From: Octopus sinensis | Lineage: Eukaryota | Length of the DNA: 64,000 bases | Direction of reading: 5' to 3' | Assembly: GCF_006345805.1 (NCBI RefSeq) | Contig: NC_042997.1 | Coordinates: 153,016,001 to 153,080,000, forward strand | Part shown: piece by piece, positions 38,009 through 50,579 of the stretch | How the letters are laid out: the number at the start of each line of letters is the position of its first letter | Numbering within the stretch: the stretch's first letter is position 1 | The notes under the pieces: generated by a model | Told to the model about the DNA's origin: nothing | Database searches by the model: none | Seen by the model: only the letters and a program-made list of their open reading frames with translations | Translations under genes and position numbers: made by a program

Positions 38009-39727
38009 TCATGTGGTGTAGTGAGGAGAAGAGGGGGAGGGGGAGAAGGGGAGGGGAAGAAGAGGGGGGAGAGGGGGGAAGAGGAGAGGAATGGGAGAAG
38101 GGGGGAGGAAGGAGGAAAGAGGGAGAGGGGGAGAGAGAAGGGGAGTGAGGGAGTGAGGGAGCAGAGGGAAGGGGGAGAGGGAAGGAGTGAGGGAGAAAGA
38201 GGGAAGAAGGGAAGGAGAGTAGGGGTGAAAGGATGAAGGACTGAAGAAGTAGGGGTCGGGGGGAAAGGATAGGTGAGGAGGGGGGAGAGGAGGGTTAGAT
38301 GAGGAGGGGGGAGAGTTGAGACCAAATGGCGTATAAGAGCGAAGAGAGAAGATTAATTCCTGTTCACGGCGCAAACGGGAATCCGGATGGCCTCTGTGTA
38401 AGGACAAACCGAACACAGATAGGTGTTGCAAGGAGTGACCGGTGGAGCGGAAATGGCGTGAGACCGGTGTGTCGTTCGCAAGGTGGATGTCACGAAGGTG
38501 TTCCGCGAACCGGTCAGCCAAGCGGCGTCCCGTTTGTCCGATGTACAAGGAATTGCAGAGAGAGCAAGTGATGCAATAGATAATATTGCTGGAGGTGCAG
38601 GTGAAGGAGTGGATGATGGGATAGGGTCGATGGTGGGTGCTAGTGAGGCGGGTGGTGTTGGAGAGGTAAGGGCAAGTGCGGCAACGTGGGCGGGAGCAGG
38701 GGAACGAGCCGGGTTGGGAGGTAGGGTCAGGGAAGGAGCTATGGACCAAAAGGTCTCGAAGGTTGTGGGCTCGTTTGAAAGAGGGGAGGGGTCGGTTAGG
38801 GAAGAGGTGTGAAGTGGACGGGTCGGACTGGAGATGACGGAAAGCTCGAAGAATGGTGCGTTGGAGACGTAGGGTCGTGGGGTGGTAAGTGATGGGAAAA
38901 GGGAGGCGGGAGACTACAGGGCGGGTTCGGGGAGAGAGAGCAGATACACGGTCCACGGACCGTGCTCTGGCAAGGGCGGTGTGGATAGTGGTGAGGGGGT
39001 ATCCACGTAGGGTGAAGTGGTGAGCCATACGTTGAGACTGAGTCTCAAAGTCATGGTCGTCACTACAGAGCCAACGTAGACGGAGGAATTGGGAATAGGG
39101 GATGGAAAGCTTGGTGTGTTGTGGGTGGGAGGAAGAGAAGTTGAGGTATGAGTGTGAGTCTGTGTGTTTGTAGTGAATGGAGGTGGTAAGAGTGGAGTGA
39201 AGAATGCTAACCGAAATGTCGAGGAAGGAGACAAAGGTGTTGGAGATAGTGGAAGTGAAGTGGAAGGCTGGATGGAAAGATTGGACGAAAGAGAGGAAGG
39301 AATCTAGATGTTCGCGGGAGAGTGAGGTGGCACCGATAATGTCGTCGATGTAACGACCATATAGTTCAGGAGTGGGACCAGTGAAATTAGAGAATATTTG
39401 GGCCTCAACATAGCCAACGAACAGGTTCACATAGTTGGGGCCCATTCGCGTTCCCATGGCCACTCCCGAGACCTGATGGTAGAACTCGCCCGCGAACGAG
39501 AAGCTGTTCAGAGTAAGGACAAGTTCAGCCAGACGAATGAGTGTGGAGGTGTCAGGTACAGGGTTAGAGCGGAGGTCAAGAAAGTGTCGAAGGGCCTGCA
39601 GTCCTTCGTGGTGAGGGATAACAGTATAGAGGCTTTGGATGTCCATAGTAAAAAGGATTTTGGAGGAGCCGGGAGGAAAGGAGAAAGAGTTGAAAAGCCG
39701 GACAGCATGGTTGGTATCGTGGATGTA
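38009..39727 (-). CDS. PLE polyprotein fragment: RT (C-terminal half), Zn linker, GIY-YIG endonuclease
   Basis: Open frame from YIHDTNHA (39727) through TMDIQSLYT, GVAMGTRMGP, YGRYIDD, PCSRPRCRTC and IIYCITCSLCNSLYIGQTGRRLADRFAEH..REQELI..GLN. The last ~100 codons are read-through into low-complexity DNA. Confidence 0.93.
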   Translation of the reverse strand, partial: YIHDTNHAVRLFNSFSFPPGSSKILFTMDIQSLYTVIPHHEGLQALRHFLDLRSNPVPDTSTLIRLAELVLTLNSFSFAGEFYHQVSGVAMGTRMGPNYVNLFVGYVEAQIFSNFTGPTPELYGRYIDDIIGATSLSREHLDSFLSFVQSFHPAFHFTSTISNTFVSFLDISVSILHSTLTTSIHYKHTDSHSYLNFSSSHPQHTKLSIPYSQFLRLRWLCSDDHDFETQSQRMAHHFTLRGYPLTTIHTALARARSVDRVSALSPRTRPVVSRLPFPITYHPTTLRLQRTILRAFRHLQSDPSTSHLFPNRPLPSFKRAHNLRDLLVHSSFPDPTSQPGSFPCSRPRCRTCPYLSNTTRLTSTHHRPYPIIHSFTCTSSNIIYCITCSLCNSLYIGQTGRRLADRFAEHLRDIHLANDTPVSRHFRSTGHSLQHLSVFGLSLHRGHPDSRLRREQELIFSLRSYTPFGLNSPPSSSNPPLPPPHLSFPPDPYFFSPSSFHPYSPSLLPSFSLTPSLSPFPLLPHSLTPLLSPPLPLSSFLPPSPIPLLFPPLPPLLPLPFSPSPSSPHYTT

Positions 39728-40006
39728 GGCGCAATGGCCCAGTGGTTAGGGCAGCGGACTCGTAGGATCGTGGTTTTGATTCCCAGACCAGGTGTTTATT
39801 GAGTGAAAACACCTAAAACTCCATGAGACTCCGGTAGGGGGTGGTGGCGACCCCAGCTGTACTCTTTCGCCACAACTTTCTCTCACTCTTTCTTCTGTAG
39901 GGCTGCTCGCTTAACCAGCGGGGTGGCGTCATTTGAAGGCTAAAACAATGCGAAACGCATTGTAACAACATCTGATAACCTGTTCAGTCACGTGTGATCA
40001 CGTGAT
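39727..40006 (+). mobile_element. SINE family C, head-to-head with the PLE 5' truncation point
   Basis: aggcgcaatggcccagtggttagggcagcggactc ... tcacgtgtgatcacgtgata. Confidence 0.92.
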
Positions 40007-40229
40007 ATATGCGAATACATTTATATAAGGTATAAAAAATACATAATATTAAGACAATGCATAATTTCTTCATTCGACAGCTGTTACAGGAAGTTTGGAT
40101 TTAGGTAATGATAGTAATGTTCATAATTTGCTGATGGAATGTGGATGCAACCAGTAAACACAAATATTACCGGCTTCGTTTATCAAGAGAAAGTTGGCAA
40201 CAATGTGTATGTTTGTGTGTTTGTGTGTG

Positions 40230-40231
40230 TG

Positions 40232-40321
<90 letters not shown>

Positions 40322-40362
40322 CATAGATAGATAGATACATAGATAGATACATAGATAGATAC

Positions 40363-40443
<81 letters not shown>

Positions 40444-40445
40444 CA
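40230..40445. repeat. (GATA)n with GATACATA variants
   Basis: Visible. Confidence 0.97.
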
Positions 40446-41319
40446 GCCAGACAACGTTATAAATATTCTGTTTTTCTCTTGTTTCAGTCACTGGACTGCG
40501 TTGTAGCGGAGGTACGCATTAAATTGTTTAATCGACCATATCCACCACAGTAATTACGTTTAAGTCTTGTGCTTATCGAAACGCTATTTATCGAAGCGTT
40601 ATTTAAGCTCATCAAAATAAAAGCAGAAAGAACGCGCGGGTACATACACACACGCACACTCAAATACTTTATGTGTGTACGTATATGCATTAGTACACAC
40701 ACACACACATACACACACACGCACACACACACACACACATGTATATATATACTACATGAAGAAATAACATGTCTTGATTGTGTGCTGAGACGAAATCCGT
40801 TAAATCTCATTCGTTAAAACCTCCATTTCGAAAAGATTTTCATCAAAGAAGGACCCTAGTAATGGCTCACCTGAGTTGAAGACATTAATAAATGAATGAA
40901 TGCAAAATGTGCATCCGATTGGGTAATCTTCATTATGATAGTAACTTTTGGGAGTAAAGCATACTTCTGATTAAAATGTATACGAAACATAGAGAATTAT
41001 AAAAATCCTCAATGATATATTTGTTTGAGTGTGTGTGTGAGAGAGAGAAAGAAAAAAGAAAGAAAGAAAAAATAAAGAAAGAAAGAAAGACTGCAAGGCC
41101 TTGTGGTTAGGGTGTTGCACTGACAATGACGGAATGGGAGTTCGATTCCAGGGCCGAACAGTGCGGTTTGTTCTTGAGCAAAACACTTCATCTGAATTTG
41201 CTGTGCTACCACTTCGCACCTGTACAGATAACGTCTAGTTGATGGCGAGAATGAGCTGATGTGCACGCCGAACGCTTGATCGCAATGAACACACACACAC
41301 ACATACATATATACATACA

Positions 41320-41421
<102 letters not shown>

Positions 41422-42009
41422 ATATGTATATATATATTATATCCTCGTAGGCTATGAAGACAGGATATTTTCAAAGCAATACTCATTTCGAGCTCTCGGC
41501 TCCTACACTGATGGATTCCAGAAACACATCCACATCGCAGTTCTTCGGCTTCAGGCTTTTCTTCTTCTTCTTCTTCTTTTCCTCCTCCTCCTCCTCCTCC
41601 TCCTCCTCCTCCACCACCTTCTTCTTCTTCTTCTTCTTCTTCTTCTTCTTCTTCTTCTTCTTCTTCTTCTTCATCGTCGTCTTCTTCTTTCGTCTTCCCT
41701 TCTCCTTATAGTGCTTCCTGACCCCCTAAACCTACTATTATATACGCTGGCACAGTCTATTTACATGTGCAACTGTATATGTTTTTTTTTTAATATTTTC
41801 TCATAATATAAGCAAAACACAAAGTCTGGCAGACGCAAAATGTAGAAGGCACTTTGATGTATGTTTGAGGAAGTGTCAATTTAATGTTTAAAAACGTAAG
41901 TTTTCACTTGAAAATTTTGCACGAACTTTGACAGCGGTGTTCATACATATAGAACTGCATGCATGTATATATGTATGTATGTATGTATGCATGCATGCAT
42001 GTATGAAGT

Positions 42010-42039
<30 letters not shown>

Positions 42040-42040
<1 letters not shown>

Positions 42041-42250
42041 AAAGTTAATCCAAACATAAAAACACAAAGAGAAAACACAACACGAAGACGTGGCATAAGT
42101 ATAGTGTTATTAGACGCTCAGGAAAGGGAAGAAAGAAGGAGGATTTAACGTTTCGAGCGGAGCTCTTCGTCAGAAACATAGAAAAGATCCAAAGAAGGCA
42201 GAACGGAGGGAAAAAAATCGCCAACGATACACACGCGGTCACATATTGAA
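42040..42250 (-). mobile_element. solo PLE pseudo-LTR-like segment
   Basis: Hammerhead plus the downstream ttcctgagcg motif shared with 37321-37530 and 60060-60260. Confidence 0.7.
42143..42177 (-). ncRNA. type I minimal hammerhead motif with canonical core
   Basis: GUUU-CUGACGA-A-GAGC(UCC)GCUC-GAAAC-GUU-AAAU; palindromic AACGUU stem III. Confidence 0.78.
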
Positions 42251-42699
42251 TCAATATATATATAACAAAAGAGGCTGGGGTGTTTCCTCGCAGGAAAAAA
42301 TATAGGAAAATGTGTTGTTGAAATGCACCTAAATTTCAAAAACTCGTAAATGTTTAAAATACATTTATTTACATATATACCAAACTAGTTTCAACAATAT
42401 TCTTTGTTTAGCAATGGTAAAATTTTAAAGTTAGAAAAGCATCTTTAGAATTTTAAATGTTGGCAAATTAAAATGTTTCAATGTTGAGAAATTAAAATAT
42501 TTCAATGTTGATAAATTAACATGGTCAAAATAGAAAGTGTAAGTTTGAATGTTCATAGCAGTAAATAAAATTAAAACTGCATATCAATATGTTTGAATTG
42601 TACAGATTTCATTAATTTTAGTGGTAATCGACAAGTCATACTGAAAAAATTAAGTGGGAAATGAAAATAGTAAAAAAAAAAAGGCATTTGGTTTACAGT

Positions 42700-43070
42700 T
42701 TCTCTGATCCTCTTCTACTAGACGCTTTCGCTTGTAGTGGTATGTTTGGGGATCAGATGAATTTATAATTTTTTTTTCCGCGAGTGGATCTGCTTTTTGA
42801 TTCGTTAAAATTCTGGCGACGTTTTTTTTTTTCCTTTGTCACGCTTGTCGGTTGGTTTCCTTGTGGATACGGTTATAAGTCGTTCCGGTTGGTTGGTTCT
42901 CTTAAAGGGTCATTTCGTTGTATTCGTGGAAATTCGGTTTTGATTGGTCTGTAGTTAGGTGACGTCAGCAACTGTTGTTTGTATGGTGATTTGGATACGA
43001 AAATCTTTTTAAAAAAGACTTTTTGTTGTTCCTGCTTATATTTTTGCGTTGAAATTGAGTCTTTTTCATT
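42700..43070. promoter_or_regulatory. CpG-rich promoter/enhancer-like patch with CRE and CCAAT box
   Basis: TGACGTCA at 42960-42967, ATTGG at 42943-42947 and many CpGs in non-repetitive DNA. Confidence 0.35.
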
Positions 43071-43149
43071 TCTTTTCATATACACATATATGTATATACA
43101 TACATATATTAAAATACATAGATAGATTGAATATGTGTGTGCGTGAGTG

Positions 43150-43180
<31 letters not shown>

Positions 43181-43189
43181 ATCTTTTTT

Positions 43190-43645
43190 CTTTTACTTGT
43201 TTCATTCATTAGAACGCAGCCTCGCTGGGGCACCGCCATGAAAAATTTTATGTGAAATGCTTCGATCCCATTACTTATTTTTTAAAAGCCTGGTACTTAT
43301 TCTGCAAGTCACTTTTGCCGAACCGCTAAGTTACGGAGAACAAACATAATCTCAAAGGCACACATAATCACACACACACACACATATATACATATCTATC
43401 TATCTATCAGTCTGACTTGCCGTCTGTCTGTGTTTCTTTTTTTTTCTCTCTCTCTCTCACTCTCTCCCTACATACATACATACATACATACATACGACAG
43501 GCCTCTTTCAGTTCCGTCTACCAAATCCGCTGGCTTTGTTCGGCACGAGGCTAGAGTAGAAGACACTTGCTCAAATCCCATGCAGTGGAATTGAGCCCCG
43601 AACCATGTGGTTGGGGAGCAAGTTTCTTACCACACAGCGCCGCAG
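43190..43645 (-). mobile_element. decayed SINE family B
   Basis: ccgaaccgctaagttacgg and tttcagttccgtctaccaaatcc..gaaccatgtggttgg modules. Confidence 0.8.
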
Positions 43646-44574
43646 TATATATATCTTTTAAATTCGTTTAGGTAACGTTAGTTGTATGCAAATAAAGCTC
43701 TAATTTCATTATGTCGGCTACCGTCTAATAATACTGACTAGTAAGTCACTGTTTCGGGGTTGCACCATGGTTATACCGATATAATATAGGATAAATATAC
43801 TAACATTAATTCTAGGATGAAATTTATAAACATTTAATATATTCATATATATATACGTGAATCATCCGGAACTAATACGTTGACAAACTCATTTGTGCAG
43901 CTAATGTACCGATCTGAAATGCCTTTACTGCTGTCATTTCTCCTTATGTAATTTCATAAATTAAACATTAGCATTTGTAACTTGACTGAAGTGGTTATCA
44001 ATATCTCTTAGGGTCGACGGAGTTTTAAAAGAAACTGAATATGATCTCTTCTCTATTCCTGAAGCTAATAAGTTAAAAAATTCCTTTCGTGCGTTTACAA
44101 TGAGTTATATCTTACTTATGCTTTTTAAAACTGGAATTAAAGACATGACGTCTAAAAGCCCACCTATGGCCGTTGGAATCAAAAGCAGCAGTCATAATGC
44201 TGCTATGGAAATACATTGGCATGGAAAGAATTCAAGAATTCTTGAGCTATTGGGGTACTAAGAAGTAAGACATCGCCAAATATTCACATGAATGAATGAT
44301 CATTAATAAATAAAGCGAATCAAATCGTTAGATAGCTGACTTGATAACTAGTAAAGTGGATATTCTGTTTGTAGCCAAACATGGAGATGGTCATATGGGC
44401 AATTGGACAGCGGCAGATAAAACAGAATTATTTAATGAACAGGCTGAAAAAGAAATGAATAAGCAAATACTTCGTTGGTATTTGCGAAACCAGATCATGT
44501 AGAGCCAGAAGAAATACCGTGTGATACCTTCTTCCGATTCTACGAGACCACTGCCATTATCGCCACTAACAATC

Positions 44575-44725
44575 ATCATCATCATGATCATCGTTTAACG
44601 TCCGCTTTCCATGCTAGCATGGGTTGGACGGTTCGACTGGAGTCTGGGAAGCTCGAAGGCTGCACCAGGCCAGTCAGATCTGGCGGTGTTTCTACAGCTG
44701 GATGCCCTTCCTAACGCCAACCACC
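44575..44725 (-). mobile_element. short retroposon 3' fragment with (GAT)n tail (RTE-like)
   Basis: Minus strand ends catggaaagcggacgttaaacgatgatcatgatgatg. Confidence 0.5.
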
Positions 44726-44753
44726 ATAATAATAATAATAATAATAATAATGA

Positions 44754-44785
<32 letters not shown>

Positions 44786-46885
44786 ACTAAGGGCCCAGGA
44801 CCAGGTTTATTTCAAGGCTACTGGCTAAAGAGATTCAGTAGTTTATATGGGAGGCAGAGGGAACAAATTCAGGATTGCCTTAATGGAGGAATGATACTAA
44901 ATTGGATGACTAGAGGCATTACAATACTCATTATGAAGGATAAAAGCAAGGGTAATACACCTAGACACTATAGACCAATCACTTGGTTACCATTAGTGTA
45001 GAAGCTGTTAACAGAAATACTTTCAGAATGCACGAGCACCTTGACAACCAGAATTCAATACCAGAAGAACAGAAATGTTGCAGGATGAATGCGAGAGGAA
45101 CGCATGATCTATTAAATATAGACAAAGCAGGTCTAAATGAAGTAAAATATAGAAAGAAAAATCTAACAATAGCATGGATAGATTCTAGGAAGGCCTATGA
45201 TATGATCTCACACTCGTGGATAAGTGAATGTTTGAGTATATTCAGTATAGCAGACAACATAAGAGAATTAATTAACATTAGCATGAACAAATGGAGAGTA
45301 GATCTCTACTCACCTGACACACACTTAGGGAAAGTTAATATCAAAAGAGGAATTTTCCCACGTATCACCTTGTCCCATTTAATATCTATCTTAAGTTCCA
45401 TCCCCTTCAGTTTAGTATCAAGGAAGGCAAACGCAGGGTACAACTTCAGAAATATTAACCATTTGCTCTACATGGATAATCTGGAGCTTTTTAATAAGAA
45501 TGCAAAAGAGATAGATTTCTTCAGCAAAAATATAGGCATGGAATTTGGCATAGATAAGTGTGCAATATTAGTCATGAGAAGGAGACAGGTAGTCAACAGC
45601 GAAGGCATCCTATTACCAGATATCCAGATTTTACAATCATTTAGCGCTATAAGTATCTAGGAGTATTAGAATATGACTGAGTACTAACTACAGAAATGAA
45701 AACGAAAATTGAAAAGGAGTACATGAGAAGGGTGAGGAAGCTAGTGAAGACAAAGATAAATGGTCCGAATCTAGTGAAGGCTGTAAATACTTGGGCGGTA
45801 TCATTACTTAGATACTCAGTAACTTTTGTAGATTGGAGAAAAACTGAATAAGCAAAACTAGACGGAAGTTCTAGGAAGGAATTGAATATGAATTGAGGAA
45901 TTCCACCCAAGGGCAGGAGTAGCAAGATTATACCTACATAGAAAGGAATATAGAAGAGGATTAATAGCAGTAGAAGACTGCGTTAAGTTAGCTAGAGTAG
46001 ATATAGACTCCTATGTAGGCAATAGTGAAGAAAGTTTATTAAAAGCTGAGTCTCACAGCAAGACAAGGGAAACCAAAACAACAAACGAACTTAAAAACCA
46101 GAAGAAAAAGCTGACAGGAGAAGCTGACAGGAGAAGGCGTTGCATGGTAGATTCCCAAAGATATTTGCAGCAAATAGTAGTAGTGAGACATGGCTATGGC
46201 TGCAGAAAGGAACGTTGAAGAAGGAGACAGTAAGTTTTTTGGTAGCTGCACAAGATTAAGCATTAAGTACTAATTGGATAAAAGCCAAAATAGACAAAAA
46301 CTAAGTAGATTTCTAATGTAGATTATGCAAATCAAAAGAGCAAAGCGTTACGCATATAGTAAGTAACTGTAGCATACTGGAATAGAAAGACTACAGGAAA
46401 AGACATGACAATCTAAGTAGAGCAAACCACTACTGATGAATGGTACAAAATCCTGTGGGATGCAATGTTTCAGTGTGTCCGTCAGATCAGACATTGGAAG
46501 CCTGACATTGTTGTGGCGAACAAAAAAGATAACGAAACTGTTAACAACAGAATCAATGAAAAAGAAAACAAACTGAACATCTATGACGATTTGAAGTGGG
46601 AAATACGCAAGTTGTGGGCAATGAAAGGAGTGAACGTATTACTAGTAGTAATTGGCGCGCTTGGAAGAATCAGTACTCAACTACCAACATGGCTCAAAAA
46701 GATTGGTGCAGATGTAAAGATAGAACACCTATAAAATTCATTTGTGCTTGGAACTGCAAGAGTTTTCTGCAGGGTTCTTGAAGCATGATCAGTAAACAAG
46801 TGACACCCTAGTCTACTGCCTGTGGACAGCTGACACTTTCCATCATAACCAACAAAATAAGTTGAGAGTTTAAATCAAATGATAA
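44786..46885 (+). mobile_element. 5'-truncated, decayed R4/Dong LINE (RT + Zn knuckle + RLE)
   Basis: KGPGPGLFQGYWLK, YRPITWLPLV, KAYDMISHSWI, YMDNL (YMDD decayed), GMEFGIDKC, CRLC..SVTHIVSNC, KPDIVV, KLNIYDDLKWEI..VIGALG; multiple stops and frameshifts; preceded by (AAT)n(AGT)n. Confidence 0.92.
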
Positions 46886-47427
46886 TGTATTTATAATATT
46901 GGTCCGATACCCAGAATTTCATGAGAGAGGATAAATAATTGAAGTGACGTGAGTACTTGAATATTTTATCGACTCGGGAAGAATGAAATGCAAAGAAGGT
47001 GCTTGCTGGGATTTATTCCTACAACGTAAACAGGTATAACAAAATATTTCTAAACCGTGGGTCAGTAACTCACAAATACTAAGCCCCACCTAGAATTTAA
47101 GCTAAATCAATTTAACGATCCATTTTATTAACAAAAAGCTAAAATACCTTTTACTCGTACACTTCTTCTATCATTGTTATGGTGTTGGGAGGGTTGGAAG
47201 AATAACATAAAACTTTAATTTAAATTAATTCAAACAAAACTAAAATACTTTCAGAAAGAATAATAATCATCTTTTAATCTTTTCTATTATAGACAAAAGG
47301 CGACCCCCAGTATTTTTCTGGTAGTTATTTTATTGATCCCGAAATGATAAAAAGCAAAGTCAACGTCGGAATTTGAAATCATGACGTAAAGCGGGAAGGA
47401 ATGCCCGTGACCATTTTGTCCGGCGTT

Positions 47428-47625
47428 CTATCTGTCTGTGTGTGTGTCTTCTAGGATCTCGGGCATCCTCCATCCGATTGCGCTCAAATTTGATATGTAG
47501 ATACCGACGGTATCAGAGCGTGTATAAGTCTTGAAAATATTACAAAAAACCGATTCCAGGTGAGAATGCGATCCATAAAGTGAATAAAATCGTTTTTCTT
47601 TGGAATAGAAAAAAGTCTATCTTTA
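47428..47625 (-). mobile_element. possible Helentron-associated (DINE-1/HINE-like) fragment fused to a SINE A copy (47285-47430)
   Basis: tctatctgtctgtgtgtg..ccgattgcgctcaaatttgat resembles DINE-1/HINE terminal modules. Confidence 0.35.
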
Positions 47626-48551
47626 TTTCTTCTTTTGCTGGTGTCTCAAATTTAGGTTAAATCAGTGTTTCTCAAACGGGAGGCCTATGGGATGGTCGGA
47701 CAAGTTGTTTGGAGAAAATTTGGTTTAAATGTTTGACAACTCAGCACCGTCTATTGGACGTGGGGCGTTTTGCTCGTAATTAGATATATAATGATATGGA
47801 GAGGTTTATATTGGTGATTATATATTTTTAAAAGTAATTTGTGAAGTAGATTTCATTTATGTGATAAATGATGGAGAAGATACCAAGACAGTGTTATGGT
47901 GAAATAGATATGGATGTAAATATTTTTGACTGGGCTTGACGTAAGCCAATTAAATTGATCTATAGATGTATATAAAGAATGACGAAAAATACACACATTC
48001 TCATAATTAATAAGTATTACTCATGATATTTAATAACTATATGAGTTAATTAAATTTCTACGTTGATTGAGAGATCCAATTTAGCGTATTTACACATTTT
48101 TATAACTTATATGAGGATTTAACGTTTTAAAAGCGGTGCCGAGAACTACGGGTATAATATGAATAACGAATCAGTGAGGCGAATAAATATATTGATTTTG
48201 AATACTGCAGCATACATTTACCAAATGTAGACACAGAAGCCATTGTACTACAATGGAAAAAGTAAGCATGTTTTAAGAGCATGTTTGTGTTGTGGTAGTT
48301 TTGGTCAGTGAAACATTCACCTGTTTTATTTAATGCTATGTTCAACGAAGGTGTATTTGAATATTTTATCTACAATTAGTTCAGGAAGAAATGCAGTATA
48401 TATATTAGTTTGTTTGTTATGTTTTGTTTGTTTGTTTTTGTTTTTTATTAGTTTTGTTAGTATTTTTTAGATGTATTTATAATTTGAAACGGGCTACTAG
48501 AAAGTCATATCTTAATTTTTTTCTGTAAAGCGTGTTTTTCTTTATAAGAAT

Positions 48552-48946
48552 TACTAGCAGTATCGCCCGGCGTTGCTCGGGTTTGTTTCGACCCTTTAGA
48601 ATTGGAATTTTTGAAATGTAAAAATTTTGCATTATGTAGCTTGTTATTTTCTTTAAGTGAACATTTTTCTGGTTGAAATACACCAAACAATGGTGACAGC
48701 AGTAAAAAATCGTAAAAAATAGGGATTTGCATAGAAAAAAAACACCTTCTTGATGTAAATAATTTTTGGTGTTAACATGGTCCGATTTGAAAATTTTCTA
48801 ATACAGAAAGAAGAGCAAGCCTTCTCCTATCACACTCTCAATTTTGGTCAACTTGCGCCGTAGGGTCTCGGAGGAGCTATTATTAGTTGAAGGCTATCAA
48901 ACCTGCCATACACAGACAACCTCAGCTTTATATATATATATATAGT
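48552..48946 (+). mobile_element. non-autonomous Helentron-like (DINE-1/HINE/Lep1-type) element
   Basis: Starts TACTAGCAGTATCGCCCGGCGTTGCTCGGG (terminal hairpin) and ends cagacaacctcagctttatatat..ag, the typical architecture of these elements. Confidence 0.6.
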
Positions 48947-49942
48947 CTCAGAAAGCGTTCCTCTTAGACAAAAAAGTTGTTCACCATATAAATGAAATGC
49001 AATCGAGCTAAACGTTACACACATGCACTACTGCCGCTGATATTATTGTTATTGTTGTTATTGTTGTCATTGCCGTTATTCCTATCGTTGTCCATCAGAG
49101 CTCTGATACAGCAAACCTATGATGAAAATTGTTCCAACTTTGTTTTCCTTTTGCTTCTAAAAATGCATCCAGAACTAGAATATAATGTATTCTTCGTTTG
49201 TTTTTTTTTAAACCAGTATAATAGATGTGATTTTATTAATATATACTGCTATTTCTGTACTTGTCCTTGACCACATAGGGTCTCTCCTCTTTCGGTCCCT
49301 TTAAATCAACTGGCTTTATATGACTGAAACCTAAATTGTGTCTGCCGCACATCATCTTTAATAGAAAAAGAAGCTAATATAAGCTATAGCACCTAATATT
49401 TAGCTACAGCTTTTAATGCTGTGAGTTCAAATCTTTACATAGTATATCTTACCTTTCATCCTACAAGAGCGATAAATAAAAATAGCATGCAAGTACAGGG
49501 ATCGGTATATCTCACTGTTATTTCTTCTCGAATATATATTATGTGTGTTAGGAATCAATATTTTGTTATTGACAATAACAAAAAATTAATTTTCTTTATC
49601 CAATTCATATTTGCCTCAGAATTTTTCTTAATCTGAGTTCTTTGTATCAGTAATGGAACTGGGAAAAACCATTTCAGCGATAAACAAAACCTATATTGGA
49701 ACCCCATACAACTAAATGCTCAACATAATAAGCAAACTGCTAATATTATTGTCACTTTTATTGTTAGGACCTGCTCATAACTTTTTTTATATTCTGTGAT
49801 ATTAAAATGCGTTTCATGTTGTACAGTGAATGCATGCACGTAGCTTCACGTTTCTGATCTGCAAACATTATTCATTTTAATTGAATGGGAAACAAATTAC
49901 CATTTTCACGTATATAGAAGAGGGAGGTGGCCGACTAGGAAA

Positions 49943-49998
<56 letters not shown>

Positions 49999-50579
49999 TA
50001 TATATATAAAGAGAGAGAGAGAGAGAGATGGAGAGAGAGAGTTATAGATGATATTGTTGACAACATTTACCTCCAAAATAATTAACAGGCTAGAACAAAC
50101 ATTCATAACTGTTTTAATGCGAATAACAAAAATCAAAACATGCGTCCTATTTCAACATTATGAAATAATAAGAAATGATAACATCACTAACATAAAGTGT
50201 GAGTTATTGCAATGAATTACAAAAATTTTCAAGACCGCAAAACTAGAAAGTAAAAAGAAGCCAAAATAATCAATGAAGATAGAGAATATTTTTGAGAGTT
50301 TCTTGTAAATGTATGCCTATCAAATTTCAGAAATAGAATAAAAGAACAAAAAGATAGGCGCACGTTCCTCCTATCAAACTGCATATCTTCATTCCTTCAT
50401 AAATTTTTCAATTCATTCAACTACTCCGTTCAACATATATACATACATACATACATACAAACATACAAACATACATACATACATGCATGCATACATGCAT
50501 ACATACATACATACATACATACATACATACATACATACATACATACATACATGCATACATACATACATACATACATACA

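Larger units (their letters stand above)
37321..39727 (-). mobile_element. 5'-truncated Penelope-like element, Neptune-type, with 3' pseudo-LTR
   Basis: RT + GIY-YIG ORF, pyrimidine-rich and tandem-repeat 3' region, then a hammerhead-bearing terminal segment ending in (TA)n. Confidence 0.92.

Noticed and set aside
38021-39802. Plus-strand ORFs overlapping the Penelope ORF
   Set aside because: Antisense shadows of a GC-rich coding frame and purine tract.
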